Shown piece by piece: positions 8,676 to 17,946 of a stretch of 35,635 bases of DNA. The position numbers were made by a program, and so were the translations under genes. A model generated the notes under the pieces. It saw only the letters and a program-made list of their open reading frames with translations, was not told the DNA's origin and ran no database searches. Numbering within the stretch: position 1 is the stretch's first letter; each line of letters opens with the position of its first letter. Origin of the DNA: Clostridia bacterium. Lineage in GTDB: Bacteria; Bacillota; Sulfobacillia; SLMV01. The stretch is from NCBI GenBank assembly GCA_007136565.1, contig SLGS01000038.1, positions 1 through 35,635 on the forward strand, read 5' to 3'.

Positions 8676-8739
8676 CTCCCAAGGGTCGGTCGACGGAAAC
8701 TCAGTTTGGGAAAACCGTGCCACCGTCACCGACGGGGAG
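8676..8739 (-). promoter_or_regulatory. Long imperfect hairpin in the leader of the SBP gene
   Basis: Three helices stack into about 16 bp around a 26-nt loop: CTCCC/GGGAG (8676-8680 with 8735-8739), GTCGGT/ACCGAC (8685-8690 with 8728-8733) and GACGG/CCGTC (8692-8696 with 8723-8727). Its function is unknown. Confidence 0.3.
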
Positions 8740-8830
8740 CCTTGAGCCCGATAATACGAGAAATGCTTCGAATCCAGAAGTATTTTGCTCATATTCGAAA
8801 ATAAGCGGCTCCCTAACGGCTTAATGCAAT

Positions 8831-8846
8831 TCTAGTGGGAACTAGA
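8831..8846. promoter_or_regulatory. Perfect inverted repeat TCTAGT-GGGA-ACTAGA (candidate operator)
   Basis: The 6+4+6 palindrome is read directly from the sequence in the AT-richer intergenic DNA. On the minus strand it abuts a TTGCAT hexamer that could be a -35 element for the SBP operon. Confidence 0.35.
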
Positions 8847-9010
8847 CCGGGGAGTAAACCCTGCCTGTGCCCCGAATGTCGCGGTTTTCAGAAATAATCG
8901 CCGGGGAGGGTAGCGGAAACCCGCATTGGCCGTAAATGCTCTTCTTATCTTTCCGAATTGGCCGCTTTCTCATGAATCTGTAACAAAACAGCAATATTTG
9001 GCAGCCAATA

Positions 9011-9044
9011 CCCTCCCCGGGGAGGGTGTCACCCCTTGGGGTGA
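9011..9044 (-). terminator. Tandem GC hairpins immediately downstream of the PLP-lyase gene
   Basis: Two palindromes, TCACCCCTTGGGGTGA (9029-9044) and CCCTCCCCGGGGAGGG (9011-9026), begin 5 nt after the stop. On the minus strand they are followed by TATTGG...TGTTTTGTT. Confidence 0.45.
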
Positions 9045-9049
9045 TTACG

Positions 9050-10237
9050 TCATGCGCCTTCCATCGATGTGCGCAGATCGTAGATTATATCGTCGGGATG
9101 CTCCAATCCCACGCTGAGGCGTATCAGCCCGGGATGAACGCCGGCGGCGAGCAGTTGAGCCTCGTCCAGGCTCGAGTGGGTCATCGAAGCGGGATGCTGG
9201 ATCAAGGTGTCGCACGCCCCGAGGCTCACGGCCAGGGTGCAAAGTTTCACCGAATCCAGGAGATTACGCCCCGCCTGCAGCCCTCCCGAGAGTTCGAAGG
9301 CAATCATGCCACCGAATCCCCCGATGCTTTGGCGTTTCGACAGCTCGTGGCCGGGGTGCGACGCTAGTCCCGGATAGTGGACGCGGGATACGGCCGGATG
9401 GTTTTCGAGGAACTCGGCCACGACCTGGGCGTTGGTATTGTGCCTTTCCGCCCGAAGGGGCAGGGTCTTCAGGCCGCGGATTAGCAACCAGGCGTCGAAG
9501 GGCCCCAAGACCGCACCGACGTCCTTTAGGGCATCCTCTTTCACCTGGCTGACGAACTCGGAGGAACCCACCATTATTCCCCCGATGACGTCACCGTGGC
9601 CCCCGAGGTACTTCGTAGCACTGTGGACTACCACGTCCACTCCCCAGTCCAGGGGACGCTGAACGGCGGGGGACATGAAGGTGTTGTCCACGACCGTCGT
9701 TATGCCGCGTTCCCGCCCGACCCGACCAAAGGCCTCCAGGTCCAATACTGCCATGTTCGGATTGGCCGGGGTCTCGCCGTAGAGAACCCTGGTGTTCGGC
9801 TTGATGGCATCTCGAACCTGGGAGATATCGGTGCCATCGACGAAGGTCACTTCGATCCCCATGCGCTTCAAGAGGCCGGTCAGCAGGGAATATGTGCAAC
9901 CGTATATGGTCTTTATGGAGACGACGTGATCACCCGCCGACAAGAGTTGCAAGAAGACGGCGCTTATGGCCCCCATCCCCGATCCGAAGGCCACGGCATC
10001 CTCACCGTTTTCCAGGTCCGCCATCTTCTCTTCCAGGGCCCGAACCGTCGGGTTGCCGAGGCGAGTATAGATATAGCCGGGCTCCTCCCCGGCGAAACGC
10101 CGCGCCCCCTGGGCCGCGTTGTCGAAGATGAAGGTAGAGGTTTGGTAGATGGGCACAACGTGGGATCCGGGGTCGGGCCCCGGGGATTCGCCGGAGTGGA
10201 TCGCCCGGGTGTCGAAGTGTTTCCTCGAATCGTCCAA
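9050..10237 (-). CDS. Cys/Met-metabolism PLP-dependent enzyme, methionine gamma-lyase-like (cystathionine gamma-synthase / O-acetylhomoserine sulfhydrylase family)
   Basis: 395 aa with motifs TRAIHSG, YTRLGNPTV, GSGMGAI and the PLP-lysine motif HSATKYLGGHGDVIGG. The exact activity cannot be decided by eye. Confidence 0.85.
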   Translation of the reverse strand: MDDSRKHFDTRAIHSGESPGPDPGSHVVPIYQTSTFIFDNAAQGARRFAGEEPGYIYTRLGNPTVRALEEKMADLENGEDAVAFGSGMGAISAVFLQLLSAGDHVVSIKTIYGCTYSLLTGLLKRMGIEVTFVDGTDISQVRDAIKPNTRVLYGETPANPNMAVLDLEAFGRVGRERGITTVVDNTFMSPAVQRPLDWGVDVVVHSATKYLGGHGDVIGGIMVGSSEFVSQVKEDALKDVGAVLGPFDAWLLIRGLKTLPLRAERHNTNAQVVAEFLENHPAVSRVHYPGLASHPGHELSKRQSIGGFGGMIAFELSGGLQAGRNLLDSVKLCTLAVSLGACDTLIQHPASMTHSSLDEAQLLAAGVHPGLIRLSVGLEHPDDIIYDLRTSMEGA

Positions 10238-10436
10238 GTCGCATCGTCCTCTCGTACTCGATGGTGTTATCCGGGATATTGCACGCTCATCGTTACCCTA
10301 GGTTATTCCTTTGGTGCGCGTTCGGTTCCTGCCGATGAGGGGGAGGGGAACCCGGCGCCGCAATAGAAGTACAAGAGATGTTTTCGATTCTCCCGGGATG
10401 CGTTGCGGGCAAATGCGAAGGGATGTGCGTCTATTC

Positions 10437-11246
10437 GTGAGAGTCTACATAGCCGTCGATATGGAAGGCGTCGCCGGGGTCGTCAACTGGGAGGAGACCG
10501 CACCGGGTAACGGCGACTACGATAGATTTCGCCGACTGATGACCGCCGAGGCGGATGCAGCGGCGAAGGCGGCCTTTTCCGCGGGAGCTTCCGAGGTGAC
10601 GATCAACGACGCCCACGGTGGGATGCGGAATCTCCTCATCGAAGAATTGGATCCTAGAGCGGAACTGGTGGGCGGAAGCCCCAAGGCCGCCAGTATGATG
10701 GAGGGCATCGATGAAGGCTTTGATGCCCTTGTAATGGTCGGCTTTCACTCCCGCGCTTCCACCCCGGGAGTTTTGAACCATACCTATACGGCTTCCGTGC
10801 TTGAATACAGGGTGAATGGTCGAGCCATGGGGGAGATCGGGATGTGCGCCGCGTACGCCGGGCACCACGGCGTACCGGCGGTGTTCGTCAGCGGCGACGA
10901 TGCCGCGACCTCCGAGGCCGAGGACCTGGTCCCGGGAATAGTGACCGCCCGCGTCAAGCGTTACGTAGGGCGGTATGCCGCGCGCTCTTTGAATCCGGTG
11001 AGGGCCAGGGAACTGATCTCCCGCGGCGTCACTCGGGCCCTGCAATCCGAAGTGACAATACCACCCCTGGTACTCGGGGGCCCGGTGGATCTGGAATTAT
11101 CCTTTGTCGATACGGCCGGAGCGGATGCGCACCATCTCTTCCCCGGGGCGGTTCGCATGGATCCTTTGACCGTGGGCTATACCGCCCAAGATTACGACGA
11201 AGCTTACCGGGTTACGCGCGCTCTGATGATGTTGGGAAGCCTGTAG
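10437..11246 (+). CDS. dppA: D-aminopeptidase DppA, peptidase family M55
   Basis: From the GTG at 10437 the protein starts (M)RVYIAVDMEGVAGV, which matches the Bacillus DppA N-terminus. Its 269 aa is the family size. An alternative ATG lies at 10413. The track start at 10311 is probably an extension. Confidence 0.8.
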   Translation: MRVYIAVDMEGVAGVVNWEETAPGNGDYDRFRRLMTAEADAAAKAAFSAGASEVTINDAHGGMRNLLIEELDPRAELVGGSPKAASMMEGIDEGFDALVMVGFHSRASTPGVLNHTYTASVLEYRVNGRAMGEIGMCAAYAGHHGVPAVFVSGDDAATSEAEDLVPGIVTARVKRYVGRYAARSLNPVRARELISRGVTRALQSEVTIPPLVLGGPVDLELSFVDTAGADAHHLFPGAVRMDPLTVGYTAQDYDEAYRVTRALMMLGSL

Positions 11247-11271
11247 AACGCCTCCGAGGGGGGAACCGCAA

Positions 11272-13053
11272 GTGGTCGGACGCAATACCAAGATAGTCGC
11301 AACCGTGGGACCTTCGTGCTGGGATCCCAAGATACTGGGGGAGATGTACATCCTGGGCATGGATGTGGCCCGCGTCAACATGTCCCACGGTTCGGACGAG
11401 GAACACCGTCGTGCTGTTCGCCTGGTCGAGGAGGTTCGGGAGGATGCCGTCGTCGGACGGCCGCTGGCGCTGATGCTCGACACCCGGGGTCCCGAACTCC
11501 GCCTGGAGGGATTGGACTCGCCCGTGGATATCGAAGCCGGGGAAAGGATATTCATGGCGGGCAAGGAAGACGATGTCTCAAAACCGCCCGACGATGTCAC
11601 TACATTGCGCGCCGGCATCCCGCGGTTAACCTCCCGGGTGCCCGTGGGATCCCGGGTACTGGTGGACGATGGACGGGTTTCCCTCGAAGTGATAGGCCTC
11701 GAAGGGGGATGGCTCGTGGCCAGCTCCGAAAACCGGGCCAAGATTCTTCCCGGCAAGGGCCTCGCTTTCCCCGGTGTGGCCCTCAGCCTGCCGTTTATGT
11801 CCGACGAGGACGTCCGGGACATCGACCTGGCCTTGGAAGTAGAGGCGGACTGGTTGGCCCTTTCCTTCGTTCAACAGGCCTCCGACGTCCTCGGGGTCAG
11901 GGATTACCTCGGGGAGAAAGCCCCCGGGCTCATCGCCAAGATAGAGACCCTCGCCGGGTACAGGAACCTAGAGGGAATCCTGCAGGTGGTCGACGGGATA
12001 ATGATAGGCAGGGGTGATCTCGGTGTGGATTGCCCGCCCGAGGAGATACCCCTGATGCAAAAGGACATTATTCGTCGGTGTAATCGCGCCGGTGTACCGG
12101 TGATCACCGCAACGCAGATGCTGGAATCCATGATAGAAAGCCCCGTGGCCACCCGCGCCGAGGCCAGCGATGTAGCCAACGCCATCCTGGATGGCACCGA
12201 CGCCGTGATGCTTTCGGGCGAGACCGCCGCGGGATCGTATCCCCGCGAGGCACTGGCAACCATGGCCCGCATCGTCGAAAGAACGGAGTCGGGATGGAAG
12301 GATAGGGGCTCGGAACGCCGCGGTGACGGGTTCTCCTCGGGTGTCACTGATGCCGTCGCCCGAAGCGCAGTTTGGATCGCCGAGGAAGTCGAGGCCCAGG
12401 CCATACTGACTCCAACCCAATCGGGGCACACCGCGGTAATGGTGTCCCGTTACCGGCCCGAGGTCCCGGTGGTGGCGGTAACCTCCTCTCCCCGGGTTTG
12501 TCGTCGCCTCGCGCTGGCGTGGGGGGTAATGCCGTTGCTCAAGGAGTCCGAAGGAGACGTCGTGGAGGACGCCGGAGAGGTAGCCCTCGGGGCGAAGTGC
12601 GTTTCCCCCGGGGCCCGTGTGGTCATCACCAGCGGTCAACCCCAGGGGGTGCCGGGGACGACTAACGCATTGCAGGTCCGCACGCTGGGTAAGATCGTCG
12701 CCCGGGGTTTTGGCGTGGGCAAAGGAAGCGCTCGCGGTGATGCCTGGGTAATTGATGCCACGTCGGACGTCCCCGGGAAAGAATTCCCCTCGGGTGGGGT
12801 CCTGGTGATCGGATCGTGGCGCCCGGAGATGGGAGAACTCGCGGCGCGGGCCGGGGGCATCATCGCCGAGGAACCCGGATTGAGTTCCCCGGCTGCCCTG
12901 GCGGGTCTCGGCTTCGGTATTCCCGTCATCGTCGGTGTCGACGGCGCTCCCCGGTTGATCACACCGGGAACGGAAATCATCGTCGACGCCCGAAGGGGAA
13001 TAGTTTACTCATCGAAGGAAATCGGCACCGATAAGGGGCCGGTCGACGGATAG
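11272..13053 (+). CDS. pyk: Pyruvate kinase with a C-terminal PEP-utilizer mobile domain
   Basis: 593 aa, GTG start with GAGGGGGG upstream. Motifs: [28 protein letters not shown]. The extra C-terminal domain (...[26 protein letters not shown]...) resembles that of Geobacillus/Bacillus pyruvate kinase. Confidence 0.93.
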   Translation: [593 protein letters not shown]

Positions 13054-13139
13054 ATCCCGGAAGGACAGGCGGAACCCGCAACGAATAGATATAACCTGTG
13101 GGCCATCGCCCGAATCGGGTTGGAAGCGGAGAGAAACCC

Positions 13140-13601
13140 TTGAAGACGAGAAGGCAGATGCGGATACAGGGAATCATCAACGAGAAGCCGGTCAAGACCC
13201 AGCACGACCTGGTCCTGGCCCTGCGGGACGAGGGTTTCAACGTGACCCAGGCGACGGTTTCGCGGGATATAAAGGAGCTCGGTTTGGTAAAGGTGCCCGC
13301 CGAGGACGGCGGTTACCAGTATCGGGAGTCATCCCGTTTCAACCGGTCCGAGATCAATCGGCAACTGGTGAGAAACCTCGAGACTTCGGTGGTCGGGCTG
13401 GACTACAGCGGGAGCATGCTGGTAGTGCACACCCTGCCGGCCACCGCCCAAACGGTCGCCGAAGCCATCGATGCCCTCAACTGGGTCGACGTCATAGGGA
13501 CCCTGGCGGGTGAACGCACCGTGTTCGTGGTCGTAAAGCCCCCCGAGAAAGCGCCCGAGGTAATGGATAGGATCAAAGACTTCAGCGGGGACGATCGGTA
13601 A
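13140..13601 (+). CDS. argR: Arginine repressor ArgR/AhrC
   Basis: The winged-helix motif TQATVSRDIKELGLVKVP is present. The TTG at 13140 (GGAAGCGGAGAG upstream) gives KTRRQMRIQGII, which aligns with AhrC KGQRHIKIREII, and a family-sized 153-aa protein. Alternative starts are the GTG at 13098 and the ATG at 13158. Confidence 0.85.
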   Translation: MKTRRQMRIQGIINEKPVKTQHDLVLALRDEGFNVTQATVSRDIKELGLVKVPAEDGGYQYRESSRFNRSEINRQLVRNLETSVVGLDYSGSMLVVHTLPATAQTVAEAIDALNWVDVIGTLAGERTVFVVVKPPEKAPEVMDRIKDFSGDDR

Positions 13602-14097
13602 AGGGTGTGATTTTTCGTATTCTCGTCAAGAGGTATCCACCCGCCACCCCTGTGGCTGCGCCCGCGGGCACCGCGAGGCCCAGCAGCGGTGGTAGGTACA
13701 CCCATACCCCCGGATAATCCGTGACGAAATAGAATATGGAAAGTTGGGCGATGTTGTGGGTCGCCGCGCCGAGGACGCTCAGTCCCACGGGTCCCATGGG
13801 AGTTAACGATCCCAGGGACATCAATAGCGCCGCGCCCACCGCTCCCCCCGAGCTCATCAGGAAGGTCAGGGTTCCGAAGGTACCCCCGAGTAGAGATCCC
13901 AGCACGGCGCGACCGGCGGCCACTATGATGGCGTCGCGGGCGCCCCACGTGAGGACGGCCAATAGGGTGACCAGATTGGCGACGCCCAGCCGGGCTCCCG
14001 GTATGGGGACGGGTGCGGGAAGGGTTCCCTCCACCCAGTGAAGAATGGCGCCCATAGCGATGAAGAGGGCGAGCCTCGTCAATCTTCTGGCGTTCAA
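13582..14097 (-). CDS. Gx transporter family membrane protein (heptaprenyl diphosphate synthase component I-like, PF07456-type)
   Basis: 171 aa with about 5 TM segments and Gly-rich helices (RLGVANLVTLLAVL, GSLLGGTFG). TTG start with GGAAGGGGG upstream. Its 3' end overlaps the argR 3' end by 20 nt. Confidence 0.65.
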   Translation of the reverse strand: MNARRLTRLALFIAMGAILHWVEGTLPAPVPIPGARLGVANLVTLLAVLTWGARDAIIVAAGRAVLGSLLGGTFGTLTFLMSSGGAVGAALLMSLGSLTPMGPVGLSVLGAATHNIAQLSIFYFVTDYPGVWVYLPPLLGLAVPAGAATGVAGGYLLTRIRKITPFTDRPR

Positions 14098-14189
14098 CGG
14101 CGTTGCCCCCTTCCCCGGAGCGATTCGATCTATGCTACCAATGTCGAAGATGTTAGGTCAACGCACGACATCTGAAAGGGGGAAGATGC

Positions 14190-15515
14190 TTGCCATCACG
14201 AGAGGGCAAGGACATCACCTTAAACCTGACGGGAGACTCACTGATTAGCAGGCGGCTCAGTCCCTATGATGAGCCCGACTATCGCAGGATGCTGGATCGG
14301 ATTCGTTCCGCCGACGCCTCCTTCACCAATCTCGAGGGATTGCTAACGCACTTCGAGGGGTATCCCGCCGCCCAAAGCGGGGGAACCTACGTGGTCGGGC
14401 CGCCGCAGGTGGCCGACGACCTGTTGTGGGCCGGTTTCAACCTCTTCGCCCGGGCGAACAACCATTCCATGGATTGGAGTTTCGGGGGATTGTTGGCCAC
14501 GGATCGGGAACTGGATGCGCGCGGCATGGTGCACGCGGGCGTGGGTTTGAATCTGGCCTTGGCCAGGTCCCCGGCCTACCTCGATACACCGGCGGGACGC
14601 GTGGCGTTGGTCTCGACTTCCTCCACTTTCCCCACCGGCGGGCACGCGGGGAAACAGCGGGCGGACTTGCCCGGGAGGCCGGGCCTCAACCCCCTGCGGT
14701 TCAATGTCCGATACGAGGTCCCCGAGGAGGAGCTGCAGAACCTCAGGCGCATGAGCCGGGATCTGGGTTTGGAGGAAACCAAGGAACGCCTCGCGAAGAT
14801 GCGGGGTCGTCCCAAGGAGAAGAACTTCACCCTGGGTCCGTTGGAGTTCGTTCCCTCGCCCGATGGCACCCACAGGGTGGTCACCGAGCCCGACCGGGCC
14901 GATCTCGAGGGCAACCTTCGAGCCCTGGAAGAGGCTAGCAGGCTGGCGGATTGGGTCATATACAGTGTACACAGCCACGAACCCCATCCCAACGATCCCC
15001 GCGCCCCGGCGGACTTCTTCGTCACGGCGGCGCACCGGGCCGTCGAGGCGGGTGCCGACGTGGTCGTCGGACACGGGCCCCACCACATGAGGGCGATGGA
15101 GATATACGAAGGTCGTCCCATATTCTACAGCCTGGGGAATTTCGTATTCCAAAACGAGACGGTCCAGTGGCTGCCGCAGGAGTTTTACGACAACTACGGG
15201 CTATCCGTCGAGGATACGCCCGATCGAGCCTACGACGTGAGAACCGGTGAGGACGCCCACGGTTTTCCCGCGCACCCCATGTACTGGCAGGCCGTCATGG
15301 CCGAGGTTACATTCGAGGACCGTCAATTGTCGGACGTGGAATTGATACCCGTGTCCCTGGGTTACGGAAAGCCCCGCACGCTTAGGGGCAGACCGGTGTT
15401 GGCCGATGACGAGGAATTCTCGGAAATCGTCAAAGACATGGGAGAGAGGTCGCGCCCCTTCGGGATCCAGTTGTCGGATCGCGTCGACGATGGCGTGAAG
15501 GTGGCCCTGGACTGA
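14190..15515 (+). CDS. CapA-family protein (PGA_cap metallophosphatase-like)
   Basis: 441 aa with motifs [43 protein letters not shown] and GHGPHH, typical of the CapA/PgsA calcineurin-like family. TTG start with AAAGGGGGAAG upstream. No signal peptide is seen. Confidence 0.75.
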   Translation: MPSREGKDITLNLTGDSLISRRLSPYDEPDYRRMLDRIRSADASFTNLEGLLTHFEGYPAAQSGGTYVVGPPQVADDLLWAGFNLFARANNHSMDWSFGGLLATDRELDARGMVHAGVGLNLALARSPAYLDTPAGRVALVSTSSTFPTGGHAGKQRADLPGRPGLNPLRFNVRYEVPEEELQNLRRMSRDLGLEETKERLAKMRGRPKEKNFTLGPLEFVPSPDGTHRVVTEPDRADLEGNLRALEEASRLADWVIYSVHSHEPHPNDPRAPADFFVTAAHRAVEAGADVVVGHGPHHMRAMEIYEGRPIFYSLGNFVFQNETVQWLPQEFYDNYGLSVEDTPDRAYDVRTGEDAHGFPAHPMYWQAVMAEVTFEDRQLSDVELIPVSLGYGKPRTLRGRPVLADDEEFSEIVKDMGERSRPFGIQLSDRVDDGVKVALD

Positions 15516-16132
15516 TGACCGGGGGAGGGGAGCGTCGAGATACCGTCGCCCTCTCCCCGTCATTTTTCTCCCGGAGCGCGCTCTCCGTGGCCCGGGAGCT
15601 CCTCGGGTGCGAGGTCGTATCGCTGTTCGGGGGAGGGCTCACCTCCGGGATCATAACCGAGACCGAGGCGTACGCCGGAGTCCTGGATCGGGCCTGCCAC
15701 GCCTTCGCGTGGCACCGGACGCCCAGGGTGGAATCCATGTACGCCGCGCCGGGTACCGCTTACGTGTACCTGGTCTACGGCCTCCATAACTGCCTGAACG
15801 TATCGTGTGCCACCGAGGGCAATCCCCACGCCGTGCTGATCCGCGGCCTGCGTCCCCTCAGGGGGGTGGACGAGATGGCTCGACGGCGGGGCCTCGGCAC
15901 CCGGGCGATCGGCGGGGAATTCCCAAACCCCCGGCTCGCCGACGGCCCGGGCAAGTTGTCCGTAGCCCTGGGAGTCGATCGATCCGCGGACGGTATCGAT
16001 CTCACCGATTCCGCGGGGCCGTTGTTCATCGCTCCCGGAGGAGGGAGCCCGTCCTATCGTTCGTCGTCCCGGGTCGGTATCGATTACTCGGGAGAGTTCG
16101 CCCGATTCCGGTGGCGCTTCCTCCTGGACTGA
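15515..16132 (+). CDS. mpg: DNA-3-methyladenine glycosylase (Mpg/AAG family)
   Basis: 205 aa with motifs ARELLGC, GIITETEAYAG, DRACHAF, MYAAPGTAYVYLVYGLHNCLNVS and AVLIRGLRP. The start overlaps the capA stop (TGATG). Confidence 0.9.
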   Translation: MTGGGERRDTVALSPSFFSRSALSVARELLGCEVVSLFGGGLTSGIITETEAYAGVLDRACHAFAWHRTPRVESMYAAPGTAYVYLVYGLHNCLNVSCATEGNPHAVLIRGLRPLRGVDEMARRRGLGTRAIGGEFPNPRLADGPGKLSVALGVDRSADGIDLTDSAGPLFIAPGGGSPSYRSSSRVGIDYSGEFARFRWRFLLD

Positions 16133-16224
16133 TGGCGGGGACAGGCGAAGGGCTTTCTGGTAGACTGTTGGCGAACCGGGTGGGGAGTCATCGCGCCCGA
16201 TCCGGGCCAAATGGTGACTGAGAA

Positions 16225-16248
16225 ACGGCCGCCGGGCGGAGCGGCCGT
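16225..16248 (+). other. GC stem-loop between mpg and the mutase gene
   Basis: ACGGCCGC (16225-16232) and GCGGCCGT (16241-16248) form a perfect 8-bp stem with an 8-nt loop. No U tract follows. It may be a terminator or attenuator, or it may have no function. Confidence 0.25.
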
Positions 16249-16269
16249 CGGGAAGGGCTGGTTATTGGA

Positions 16270-17946
16270 ATGTTCGATGAAAAGAAATTGCGCGAGATCG
16301 AAGAGCAAAAGAGGAAGTGGGAAGAGGGCCCCGTCGCGAAGACCATAGGGCGCTTCCCCGAGATGAAGGAAGAATTCACCACCTTATCCGGATACCCGGT
16401 GGAGCGCACCTACACCCCCGAACATATAGCCGACATCGATTACGAAAAGGATCTCGGGTTCCCCGGGGAGTTTCCCTTTACCCGTGGTGCGCAGCCCACC
16501 ATGTACCGCGGTCGACTGTGGACCATGCGGCAATACGCGGGTTTCGGGAGCGCCGAAGAATCCAACGCCCGCTACAAGTACCTGCTCGAGCAGGGTCAAA
16601 CGGGCCTCAGCGTCGCCTTCGACCTGCCAACGCAGATCGGCTACGACTCCGACGAACCGATTTCCGCCGGCGAAGTCGGCAAGGTCGGGGTGGCCATCGA
16701 CTCGGTGAGGGATGTGCAGACCCTGTTCGACGGGATACCCCTGGACAAGGTCAGTACATCCATGACCATCAATGCCCCCGCCTCCATTCTCCTCGCCATG
16801 TACGTGGCGATCGGAGAGCAGGGAGGACACGGTCCGGATGCTCTCTCGGGCACCATCCAAAACGACATATTGAAAGAATACGTCGCCCGGGGAACCTACA
16901 TATTCCCGCCCGAGCCGAGCATGAGGTTGATCACCGACATATTCGCCTACTGCTCGCAGCATATGCCAAATTTCAACACCATCAGTATCAGCGGGTATCA
17001 CATGCGAGAAGCGGGATGTACGGCGGCCCAGGAAGTGGGATTCACCCTGGCCAACGCCATAGCCTACGTCGATGCCGCGGTCGAAGCCGGGCTCGAGGTC
17101 GACTCCTTCGCCCCGCGCCTATCCTTTTTCTTCGCCGCACAGTCGGATCTATTGGAGGAAGTGGCCAAGTTCCGGGCGGCCAGGAGGCTTTGGGCGAGGA
17201 TAATGCGTGAACGCTACGGAGCCTCCGACAAGTCCGCGCGCCTTCGCTTCCACACCCAGACGGCGGGATGCACGCTGACGGCGCAACAACCCGACAACAA
17301 CATCGTCAGGGTCACCCTGCAGGCCTTGGCCGCCGTGCTCGGTGGCACCCAGTCGCTGCACACGAACTCCAGGGATGAAGCCCTGGCGCTGCCCACGGAG
17401 GATTCCGTCCGCATAGCGCTCAGGACGCAACAGATCCTGGCCCACGAGAGCGGCGTCGCGGATACCGTGGACCCCCTCGCGGGATCCTTCTACGTGGAGC
17501 GCCTGACCGACGATGTCGAAGAAGCGGCCCGGGAATACATCCGGGAGATCGACGACAGGGGAGGAGCCCCCGCGGCGATAGAGGAAGGCTACATCCAGCG
17601 CCAGATCCAAGAGAGCGCCTACGACCACCAAAAGGCCGTGGAATCCGAGGAGAGAGTGGTCGTCGGTGTGAACCGGTTCAGGACGGAAGAGAAGAAGGCG
17701 TGGGACCTCCTCAGGGTCGACCCCGCCATCGAGGAGCGCCAACGGGAGAAGTTGGAAAACCTCAAGGCTTCTCGCGATGCGGCGCGGGTCGAAACCGCCC
17801 TGGAGGAACTGGCCGGGGCAGCTTCCACCGACGCCAACCTGATGCATCCCATCCTCGAGGCCGTCCGCTCGGAAGCAACCCTGGGTGAAATTTCAGGGGC
17901 GATGAGGTCGGTCTTTGGCGAGTACAGAGCGCCGATAGTCCTTTGA
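16270..17946 (+). CDS. mcmA1: Methylmalonyl-CoA mutase, large (catalytic, N-terminal) subunit
   Basis: 558 aa with motifs [47 protein letters not shown] and [20 protein letters not shown]. It keeps the Tyr (TMY) and Arg (VARGTY) that distinguish MCM from isobutyryl-CoA mutase. Confidence 0.93.
   Translation: MFDEKKLREIEEQKRKWEEGPVAKTIGRFPEMKEEFTTLSGYPVERTYTPEHIADIDYEKDLGFPGEFPFTRGAQPTMYRGRLWTMRQYAGFGSAEESNARYKYLLEQGQTGLSVAFDLPTQIGYDSDEPISAGEVGKVGVAIDSVRDVQTLFDGIPLDKVSTSMTINAPASILLAMYVAIGEQGGHGPDALSGTIQNDILKEYVARGTYIFPPEPSMRLITDIFAYCSQHMPNFNTISISGYHMREAGCTAAQEVGFTLANAIAYVDAAVEAGLEVDSFAPRLSFFFAAQSDLLEEVAKFRAARRLWARIMRERYGASDKSARLRFHTQTAGCTLTAQQPDNNIVRVTLQALAAVLGGTQSLHTNSRDEALALPTEDSVRIALRTQQILAHESGVADTVDPLAGSFYVERLTDDVEEAAREYIREIDDRGGAPAAIEEGYIQRQIQESAYDHQKAVESEERVVVGVNRFRTEEKKAWDLLRVDPAIEERQREKLENLKASRDAARVETALEELAGAASTDANLMHPILEAVRSEATLGEISGAMRSVFGEYRAPIVL

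Noticed and set aside
8661-8676. The minus strand reads GGGGGTGGATCGCTGG, which resembles the T-box motif GGGTGGNACCGCG.
   Set aside because: Only the GGGTGG part matches. I could not find a Stem I with a specifier loop, a GA/K-turn or AG-bulge motifs, or a convincing terminator/antiterminator alternative. It stays within the general leader finding and is not called a T-box.
10238-10436. I considered a SAM (S-box or SAM-IV) riboswitch in the divergent region between the methionine-gamma-lyase-like gene and dppA.
   Set aside because: There is no match to the conserved S-box helices or junction sequences as I remember them on either strand. The region is more simply a divergent promoter region.
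11097-11822. A 241-aa minus-strand ORF lies antisense to the pyruvate kinase gene. Similar long antisense ORFs occur at 2506-3378, 17762-18724, 22452-23066 and 24495-25499.
   Set aside because: Each lies opposite a gene with unmistakable family motifs. Each has a Ser/Arg/Pro/Gly-skewed composition and lacks an SD sequence. All are GC-driven shadow ORFs.
16133-16269. I considered a cobalamin riboswitch upstream of the methylmalonyl-CoA mutase genes.
   Set aside because: The region is only 137 nt, which is too short. I found no B12-box-like GCCACTG element and no GGGAA/GGTG core. Only a simple 8-bp hairpin is present.
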